DNA of 64,000 nucleotides from Perkinsus olseni (Eukaryota): NCBI GenBank assembly GCA_013115125.1, contig JABANN010000018.1, positions 1 to 64,000 of the forward strand, read 5' to 3'. Shown piece by piece: positions 54,574 to 64,000 of this stretch (position 1 is its first letter; each line of letters starts with the position of its first letter). The notes under the pieces were generated by a model. It saw only the letters and a program-made list of their open reading frames with translations, ran no database searches and was not told where the DNA came from. The position numbers and the translations under genes were made by a program.

Positions 54574-55047
54574 CGCTGCATCGCCGTCGCTGTCCACGGG
54601 GGTCCTGAGCTCACATGCTAACCCACCACTGACCCCACAGAGATACATACTCGGATGCGCTTCACGTGAGTCGACTTCGCATTGCGAAGGAGATTGTGCT
54701 CATGATTACCGCCCAATAGAAATTATTACCTTCGCCGGACTGTTGTGGACTCGACCAGCCTCGGACGATCGTCTCCTGCATACCCAGCCCGGAGTGAAGT
54801 GCAGCTGAAAAAATCACTAGTGCGTCACCGCGCCACAAAAGACTCAATCCTCGTGGAGAAATCCTCCCCCTTGAAAATCTCACCCGAAGTCTATAACCGC
54901 GACATGGGACGGAGGGGCTGCCAGAGGCGGAGGGGAGGAGGGCGCATTCGAGGACATGGCTCGGGGAAAACTCGAACGACGCTGAGCCGTGGCGATGTGA
55001 AAAGACGAACTCAAGAGCGCTCATAAAGAAAATGATGACACGTGAAA

Positions 55048-55924
55048 TCAAAACTCTTCAGGATCGACATTCTCGAGGACGTCCTCCAGCACGTCGTTCA
55101 CATCACCACCGGGCCGGGCCCGCCGAGTCGCTCCTCGGCGCAAAAACGGCAAAAAGTCGCGAAGCTCGGTGGCCTGTCCGTCGTCTGTATCGTATATGAA
55201 TTCCATGGCTTGCCGCAGGCTGGACTGGAGGCTCCCCTTGTCCACTACAAACAAGTACCTGAGTACGAGGTAGAGACTGAGAGCGCGCTGCTGCTGGTGA
55301 CACTAGTACATGACGACTGCCCAGACGAAGCCTGCAAGGTACCGATACATGGGGGCGTCTGGAAGACGCCCTTGGTTCACTTGATGATGGACCGACCCTG
55401 ACAGCAGTCATCACACCGTGACAACAACCCTGATCCCGTCAACAGGACGAGGTCAGCCCTTAGACGGAGGCCCCCTTACTACCGACAGTGATCCTTGATA
55501 ATAAGTACAAAGTGACCTGGTAGCTGATCGCCGTCTTATGACGACCCCACGTCAAGCAGCCGGCGACGAAACCCGCCACGGCCGGATTGAATTTCGCTGC
55601 TCCCAGGATTCGGTCCATAAAACCCCTCAGTAGCGTATACGTGAATGCATAGGAGCCGAGGCTGACGCCGTGCTCTCGAGCACTCTGCAGGATCCACTTG
55701 ACGTTCTCCTTAGGCGTCCTATGACCACCATACAGCGCCGTCATAACCACGCAGTGAGCCAAGCGTAACTTGGCCGCGTACTCGAACCCATTACGAGCGC
55801 TAAGGCAGGCGGCGAGAAGGCACTCTTTGACGGTCGGGTACGGAATCGGCGGGAGCCTCGGCAGCCTCGAGGGATGGTCGGGCATGACAAGAGACAGAAC
55901 TGGAACAGGTGTCGCCTTCCCCAT
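55048..55924 (-). CDS. PXMP4: Peroxisomal membrane protein 4 (PXMP4/PMP24, Tim17 family), 3 exons
   Basis: ARNGFEYAAKLRLAHCVVMTALY, AREHGVSLGSYAFTY, ISYQVTLYLLSRI, YLAGFVWAVVMY, LQSSLRQAMEFIY. Confidence 0.85.
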
Positions 55925-56066
55925 TGAGGTACTGATGGATCAAAGGCGTCGATGTGCGAAACTTGGATTGGCAGTAGTAGGTTACGCGATGAGAGAAGTA
56001 GTTTACTAAGATAGTACAGCGCATGACAGTCGTTATATAAAGACAATTACTACAAGCAACGCTCCG

Positions 56067-58230
56067 TCATCGATTGGCAGCTTCTCCGTTCCATTCACCG
56101 GGGGCCGTTGTCGACTCGGTCGCGATAGTTTCACCTTCCTCCTGGGCCGGCCGATGCACCAAAATAACTTCACTGCCGTTGACGACATAAAGACCCTTGG
56201 AGTCCATCCTGAACATCCCCAGCACATGGCCAGTCAGAGTCACCGCCCCTAGAGGACGTCCACTGTCGGCCGTTGAGTGCCACGTCACACTACGGTTATC
56301 CCAGGCACACAGCACTGAGCCATTCCCGCCAAGCCCTGCACCCATGCACCACACCGGCGTCTCAGCTTGAAGGCACATGCGACGCTTGTACTTGCACGTT
56401 CGTTGTTCCCGCTCCCTACGGCCACCGACCAACCGCACCGCCTCCGACCCTTCATCATGGTCCTCACGGAACACCATGCACGCGGCGCTCTCTATCCCCA
56501 GCACATTACCGTCGTGCCAGTCAACGCCCAGTAGCCACTCACCGTGGCCCCGGGACCAATTTATGGAATGGCCAACTCTGAGCGGGGTCCCTAGAGTATC
56601 CCACTGAAGTAAGAAGACGCGGAACTCGGACCCTCGGGCTACTCCCGCGGCCAGCCCCTGGCCGTCATCGCGCCATCGCAGACAGGAGACAGGCGTGGAC
56701 CCGACCCCCGGTAGCTTGAGCTTAGCCAGGATCTCAATCGCATTAGCGTCTCTATTAGGACAGGCTATACAAACCTTGGATTTTCGGTTGCCAATGGCCA
56801 CACAGTTAGTGTTGACTAACCGCCCCACATCTGATGACGCGTAGGGAGCCATTACCCCTTCATGGCTGGTCTCACGTGCTGCCAGCCGATCCGGGTATCT
56901 GATGCGAAGAGAAAATACTGCCCATCTCAAGAAGAAGGCTCATCGCTCCTTGGTCAGAGCAGTGGACGCCCGTGCAAGGCCGATCGCGGTGACCTCGCCA
57001 AGTCACAGTACACAGTGAGCAACAATCCCATGACAGTGATCGTCTCAGTGTGTGAATCTCGACCACATTTCCGAGAGTTCCAAATTCTCCCCACGACCGA
57101 GCAGCAAAGTTCACTCTGTTCCCCCATTTAATAGTACCCGATCCAGTGACCGAAGGATGTCCCAACCCAGACTCCTTCCAACGTGTCCGTCCGCCGTGAC
57201 ACCATCGGTATGGCGAAGTGGATCTGCTCGCATGGTGGGAACGATGGCGGGGGCTGCAGAAAAAACACAGGACTTCCAGCGGCATCGATCATAAAAGGCA
57301 CCCCCCCTATATCTAGCTATAAGATACTAAGTGCTAAAACCAACGATCGACTGGCCCGTCCCCAACAGCGGTTTCTCCTGTCCGCGAACGAGCCTCGAAG
57401 ACCTTTCACCCGAGAGACACAGCGAAGCTACGACTCCTCCGTCGGCATCCGCCCAAATCTACTTACGAAGATAGCCTTAACGAAGAGTACGTCCTCATGT
57501 GCCACACGGTTCATGGCCTTCCATATCCGAACTACTCCATCGGATGCTCCAGTGGCGATGTATCCGCCGTAGTAGGCCACGCTGACCACCCCAAGCGCTG
57601 GAGCTGCCTTGTCGGACCCCGTCTCTGTGAACTCAGCAAACACATGAGTGTGGCAAAGCACAGTCTTAGGCTCCGACTTAGCCGTATCCCAGACAGCTGC
57701 GATGCCGTCACTCGTCCCTACCATCAAGTGCGCCTCATCCAGCACTTGCCAGCATAAAACAGTACCACCATGCAAATCCAAGGATTCGCCGAAAGTGCGG
57801 TATGGACGACAGGAGGAGGCAAGCCCTGTGGAACACGGCTGAAAGCCCGTGTATACACCAGGCTGGCAGACAAAGCCTCCATGGCCCTCACTCGCTATTA
57901 GAGATGGGGATGGAGGGTCGGCTACAGGCAGCCGCTTCCGCCGTGGGGGAGAGTAGCCGAGATCCGTGGCCCCCGCCGAGCCATCTTGGTGCATGGGAGT
58001 TGGAGGACAACCGTGAGATAGCAAAAGGTGGCGCTGAGACGGAGAAGAGCGACCGAGAAGAATCAGTGCAACTGTGTCTACATATCAAGCCACACGCACC
58101 CAGTACTACAGGCAACCTCAAAATTATTTCTCCGAACCGGATACGGACGGCTCCAGCCCATTTAGCAACGCAACCGACCCCTGTTGTTGATGACGAGAAT
58201 CAAGTGAACGGAGCAATACACTCCCATGGT
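56067..58230 (-). CDS. WD40-repeat protein, multi-exon (start uncertain)
   Basis: HGGTVLC..LMVGTSDGIAAVWD, VVSVAYYGGYIATGASDGVVRIWK, PVSCLRWRDDGQGLAAG. Confidence 0.7.
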
Positions 58231-58489
58231 ATCAGCAAGCAGGGTCCTAGAGCAGGCCCAGCTGAGCCATCTGCCCGAGAACTATGCATAAACAGCAACT
58301 TCGAATGTAGCACACCTGAGTCCGCCGCTCCACTTGACGAGCCTCGCTTTGCCTCAACTCCTCTCCGTAGGCAGCCTGGCAGGCGGAACCACAAAAAGCC
58401 TTCTCATCCCGTGACCAGGCAGGGCGGTGGGAGTCCTAGGAACTGACCGTACCAGAATCAGCGGTCAACCCAGATTACCAAGTGAACTC

Positions 58490-61400
58490 TCATGCAGTAG
58501 TAGCAGCACCAATGGGCTCCACGAGAAGAAGCATCCGTGCTTGTGCCCTCCATTGCTTTTTTAACCAGGCGGCCGGGCATTTTATAGTCTGGACCGCCGC
58601 AGTTACGAGAAGTCCAGAAACTGGATCCAATTCGTCCGGCTGCACCGCTCCGCCATTCTTCGACCTACGAACATCACATCGAGGCATTCTCCACACGATT
58701 GCCACCACCGCCTGAGCGAACCGAGCCGCCTCATGCCTATCGTCCAGAGCTCCATCCAGGAGGCAGCCCGCTGCCGTGAAGCTCATCTCCTTCTCCGGCT
58801 CTTCGCCATCCTTTTCTCTGACCCAACTCATCGCCTTGAAGCTTCATCCAACAGCCGCTCACTGTGTCGCATCGCTGGTTCTAACCGCGAGCTCCCCCCT
58901 CTGACTGACGGCTTCTCGCCGCCGGAGCGCAGACCTGACTGGCAGGATACACCAGTCGGATGCACGATACATGCCCGAAGGAGCTACTCGTCCACGTGCT
59001 CCACTGCTGTTTCGCTCGATGTGCTAGTGCTAGGTCGTCCTGCCCTACTGGGCGGGGAGGGGTCCTGGCCGAGGGCCGGGAGGCGACGCGGCCGACGCTT
59101 GCGCTTCAGAATATGGTTGGCAAACCCCGTAGTGAGCTGACGGCCACGCTTCACAAACCGTCCCATCGCCTCCGAGCTGACGCGTTAGTCTGCAGTCCTT
59201 ACCGGTTCGTCGATAGATGCCGACTTCCAGCTCCGGCGCGGCTTGGAGGTGGCTGCCTGATAAACAGGCTAGTAAGGGCAATACTGACATACGCATCGAC
59301 CAAGGAAGCTGGCCGTGCCCAACATCTGCGAATCGCCATTGGAAAGTAAACACACGTCATATCTATTGACCACGCGGGCAGGTCGCTGTGGGCTGCCATA
59401 TACGTACCTCGTGAGCTAGCTTAACTTTCCGCAACTCCTCCAGCATCGTGTCATTCTGGTCCATCAACCTCTTCGTGGCCGCAGCTGACACCTCTATCTC
59501 TCTCAGTCGTGAGACCATGTCAAACTCAGAACTCCCTTCAAAAACCCTCCAAGACAACTCCGCCACCCGACAAGTCCAATGCGGCCATTCCCCAGAGTAT
59601 AACAGTGAAAACATACGGGAGGTGCGACACGAGATGGCACGCACGCGCAGGATGAGACGCGTGCGCAAGCAAGGAGATGATCTCGCTGGGATTCGAACCC
59701 AGGACTCCCGCACGGCATACCAGACTCTGGAAAGCCCGTACCGTCGCCATTCCATAACAAAACCAGTCGCGAGAATGAGGAATTGCTGTGCTGTTGTCCA
59801 GCACGCCTTGCATGGTATCATTGCTGTCATTTTCGAGGTTCCTGATGGACTGGCAGCCGGTGGAAACGATGGAGCCACCTGACACACGGAGGCCCGAACT
59901 TACAGCGAATCGCTGATAGATAATGGGGATTTACTTGAAGTCGGACTCGAGGAGATGGTCATCACGATCGACATCCAGCCAGTCGAAGAGCGTGTTCAGA
60001 TCAGCCTCAGGCGGCATCAAGCGCCATCTCTCACATACCTGGGTACCACCCGGCTGTGATACATCTCAGCCAAGCTGTGCGCCACCTGCTTGAAGTGGTC
60101 CCTGGATATCCTCCTCCCACTCCCCGTCGTCTCGAAGAGCGCAACCCATCGTTCTGTCGGCTCCGCCCCCTTCAATCGCCCCGAGTTCCGCACGGTGTTG
60201 TTCAGCGTGCCGCGGAGCATCGCCAGGCCCTCGCTGGGTCGTAGAGTCGTCCCCTCCGCCTTGTGGTCGAACAGGTCGTGGAAAGTGACGCAACCGCTCG
60301 GGCGGAGGTAAGCCTGCCCCTTACAGGGCTCCAACCCCTGGGCTTCTAGGAACACTGTGGCATAGTCGCCGATAAAACCAGCCTCCTTGGAGGCCGTTAC
60401 GAAATTTTCAAAATCCAGCTTCCCGCCCGAGCACCGCGGGTCGAAGTGGAGTCGCCATGCCCTGACGACATTCCCAGCCTTCCGTCTCGCGAATCGCAGC
60501 AGCTTCGTGTGCTCGGAGCCGCGGACCACACCTTGAGTGACCCCCAAAGAGCTCCTCCGCCGCCTCAAGGCTATCGGAGCCGAGGGACGCCGTCCACAAG
60601 AGCGGTACAAAGCAGGGTGTGTGTCGGCCAGCTCGGCGAGCTGTTGCGAATTGAGTTGGTCCAGCATGAGTGCGAAACAGTCATTGTGGGAGGCCTCAGC
60701 CGAGCATACAGTGCACTTGACCATGTAGGGCCGAACGAGATCGACCATCCCAGGCGTGCTCAGGAAGAAGATGATGCCGTCACGATGGCCTTCTCGACAG
60801 GCCACCTCCAACGCGTACCTTCACCGAGTAGACGGGAGCTCATCCCACACAGACCCACCCGTAGTCCTCGCTGTGCCCTATCCCTCCTTCAAGCATCCTC
60901 ATCATCTCTATTTCCCTGGCCTGCATCATCCGGGGAGCCCATCGCCCGGCATAGCGAATCCAGTGAACCTGCTCGGCAGGTGCCAAGCAGCAATATTGCC
61001 CGAACTTCTGTGTAATAGCGCACGGGGGCAACAGCCGCAATCACCGCGTCAAACAGCACGGCTACACCCGAACACCCACGAGTTTCGCCCTAAGGTTGTC
61101 CCGGGGTCCGTCAGAATGTCCCCCGTGGAAAACGTCCCTGACAAGTTTGGATAATCTGAGCCTTTCCCTAGCGGCCTTCTTCTTATCTTCCTCCTCCTGA
61201 GGAACGAACCTTCTCGCGTGAGGGTGTCGTCACGACGGCGCGGAACACCCTCCCAAGGGCGTTAATGACGCCAAGCGAGCACGATCGACCAATAGAGCGT
61301 CCCTGCCTGTAACTCCCGTGCCCGTTTCTCCAACTCTTGCCGCCTCTGCTGCATCTTCTGAGTGGCACTTTTGAGGCACCAGCTGAATTTCCGAGCCCTC

Positions 61401-63668
61401 CAAGTGCGCTGTAGCAACACGGCTGCTCTCTCGCGATCCTCGTGGGTGTAGAGCTTCGAGAAGTCGTTGTAGGGGCCTATCACGATGAGAGCATCCAGAT
61501 TCTCACAACCGCGCCCAGATAATATCGAAGACCGCAGAGAGACACAACATAGCAATGGATGACCTCCGGTGAGTTGTCCACGGGCCAAGTAGTGTCGCCG
61601 TCGGTCATGTGCCTCAGTGCCACGCTTCGCCCATCTCTTCACATCTTGTCGGTAGCCCGAGTCATCGTAGGGTCGTGACGGGCGAGGGCCCTGCACGAGT
61701 ATGGAGTGGCTGATTGGCAGCTTCAGCTCACCCTGAGCCATGCTTGGATTCTCCGAGCACTCTTCTTGGCGTTGGCCGCATCTTCCGACCTGGCACGCAT
61801 GGCCGCTGCTCTGTGTTCTCGGAACGAGTTGTCTGCAGCACAGCAGGAGCGATCAGGAGATGTGCTGATTGCCTCAACTGCGCTCCAAGCGTTGGGCTTT
61901 CTTCGCCAGAAAGTTCGACCGGTTGTCCGTCCAGGCCCGGAGGTCGCGGGCGGCCTCATGGGTGAGCGTGGATGATACTTGCTCCTCGATCCTGAGCTTG
62001 GCAACTAACGCATGGCATCATGAATCATTGGATGCTGCCAAGTCCCTCCAACGCCATGAGAGCTCAGCATGCCCCAGCATCGGAGCTCACGTCTCTCGAG
62101 CTTCTGCGGGCATGTCCAAGATCTCCTTCTGGATATGCCCTCGCACCAGTGATGTCATAGAGCTGCTCAGGAGCAGCTCTGAGGCCTCGTCTCCTGAAAT
62201 TTTAAATGTAGACTCCAAAGAGGAGAATGATCTAACCATGGCCTCCAGCTTTGTAGGTGAGCCGGCGCCCCTGTTTTATTTCCGAGTCGGTGTCGTGTAG
62301 CATCCTTAGCATGGTGAGCCTCCCCCAGTTGGTTGTCTTGTGGCCTATGTTCTGCTTCATTGTCTTCTGGCACCTAACCAGTGGACTCCTGGCACGGCTG
62401 CGACACTTCCCCTAGGCCCAGAATGATCGCATCTCGCCAGACCTCTCCACCATTCTACAGCCCTGTCCACCGAGCGCTGCGCGGTATTACGCACTTGAAC
62501 GGAGACTGACCTTCTGACCTCAGAAATCTCTTCTCTGTGGCCTCATCCCACTGGAAGGGGCATGCATCGCGAGTAGTAGATGATCCGCGTTTTCGTCTGA
62601 CAGGCTCGTCACCACCCATTGCCTCAAGACATCGCTCCGCAGGAGCTCTTTTCAGCTCTCGGGCCCGTCGCGCCGGTGGAATGAAGCCCTTCATAGTCTC
62701 GGCGACATACTGCGTCTTTAGAAGCTTGTCCAAATCCGACGTTTTCGCGTACTTCTTAGTCTGAAAGGAACACTCAATTGCTCAACAACAGCCGAAGCTT
62801 CCATCGAGTCCCTACCACACCGTGCGCATTTCGGGAGACCCGCTTAGGAAGGTCTGGTATCTTGAGCCAGGGTAAGCCTTCCTCGTTTTCTGCTTTCTTA
62901 CTCTTATACCTGCCGAGGGCCAATCCAACACGACGTTTGAGTGCCCGTCACGGTCCGAAAAGACTCTCTCCACAAGGTCCGGGATTCCCAGGCGAGACGA
63001 ATGCAGTTGAGTGACCGCAGCTCTCTATTGTGTTCACCAGAATGCTGCTACCATACTACGTTACGAAAGCGCAGCAGGGAAACGAGCGACCCCCGAGTAG
63101 CCTAAAGTGTTTTCACCTCTCCTCCATCTTCTTCCTATCGTCCTGCGTTTTGCCAATCCGCTCTTCCCACTTCGATTGATAGCGCTCGAGTGCGCGGCAA
63201 TTTCGTCGAAATTTCCTGGCCAGGTTGGAGCTCTCCGATGCAGAATGTGTGAGGTACCCAGCGATGTCTTGCTCCTGCTCCGTGGAATGAGTGCTCCTGA
63301 CAACAGCGTGCATCTAGCAGTACAAGATCCTAACACGCACACCCAAGCTAATGTCTAAACATGAGAGCGTCAATCAACCTTGGAAGTCTCCAAAGCTCCC
63401 TGCAAGGCGGTTAGTTCACACTCAAGCTTACAAGGCTTGCGAAGGCCTCGACATTTTCATCACTTCCATTTCATCTTCCAACGAGCCCAGAGAATCCGAC
63501 GAGTCCGAGGCAGCTGCACACCAACACCAGTAACTCTTGCGACGGTCGCCAAGGGGATCGGCTACCAAACCTATTCGCTATAGCCTTCGAGAATGCCGCA
63601 GTCATGCCCTGTGAGCCAGAGAGCTCCGGCCTGTACAAGAGCTCATCGGGCGCACGTGCCCCAGCCAT
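58490..63668 (-). CDS. Large multi-exon protein with IQ motifs, ankyrin-like and EF-hand-like segments (boundaries uncertain; could be more than one gene)
   Basis: IQ-like SARRIQAWLR and AAVLLQRTWRARKF, ankyrin-like LEVACREGHRDGIIFFL, EF-like FDPRCSGGKLDFENF, and coiled-coil segments. Confidence 0.5.
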
Positions 63669-64000
63669 CAACTACTCAGCGCTGCACCAACAACGACTCC
63701 GGCAGAGCACCTTCACCACCCAGTATTAACGACCAAAGCCTCGAATGCTTTGCAGAACTTAGTGTAGTTAAGCGCTGGCCTTACACCACCATAGGTAGCA
63801 TACTAGACTGTTGTAAGGGGATATGACACTTCCCGGGAAACTCACGACAAAATTGCTAACTGCTGAACGCGAAACGTGTTCACGATATAATCATTAGCAC
63901 CGGGCAAATTATCCACACGATGATGATGATGATGACGGCGACCGTACGAAAGCAAGCGTATCAACGAGGTAATCAAGAGTAGTCGTAATACGGACAGGGA

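Noticed and set aside
59677-59750. Perfect tRNA T-arm-like hairpin on the minus strand (CTGGG-TTCGAAT-CCCAG)
   Set aside because: No matching acceptor stem, D-arm or anticodon arm, and it lies inside a probable coding exon.

Overview
Gene-dense eukaryotic genomic DNA with many short (~45-60 nt) GT-AG introns and one 96-N gap. The gene style suggests a Perkinsus-like alveolate, but this is inference only. About 25 protein-coding genes are visible: a peroxisomal ACAD10/11-like acyl-CoA dehydrogenase (partial), an NDR-family kinase, two tandem chlorite-dismutase/coproheme-decarboxylase-family genes, an OPR/HPR-like helical-repeat protein, two tandem UBC13 genes, a HutF-M20 amidohydrolase fusion, an F-box/LRR-like protein, a COMT-like methyltransferase, a multidomain peptide:N-glycanase, a PHD/ePHD protein, a SET protein, PXMP4, a WD40 protein, an IQ/ankyrin protein and several hypotheticals. 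There are also a tRNA-Met, two MITEs and a 47-bp minisatellite. The most notable observations are: (1) an intron-rich, in-frame fusion of bacterial-type formimidoylglutamate deiminase to an ArgE-like M20 deacylase, a candidate single-chain, folate-independent end of histidine catabolism; (2) a membrane-anchored Cld/ChdC-family pair in a eukaryote with an atypical distal pocket; (3) a thioredoxin-PUB-PNGase-jacalin architecture. Exon structures were read by eye and no database searches were run.
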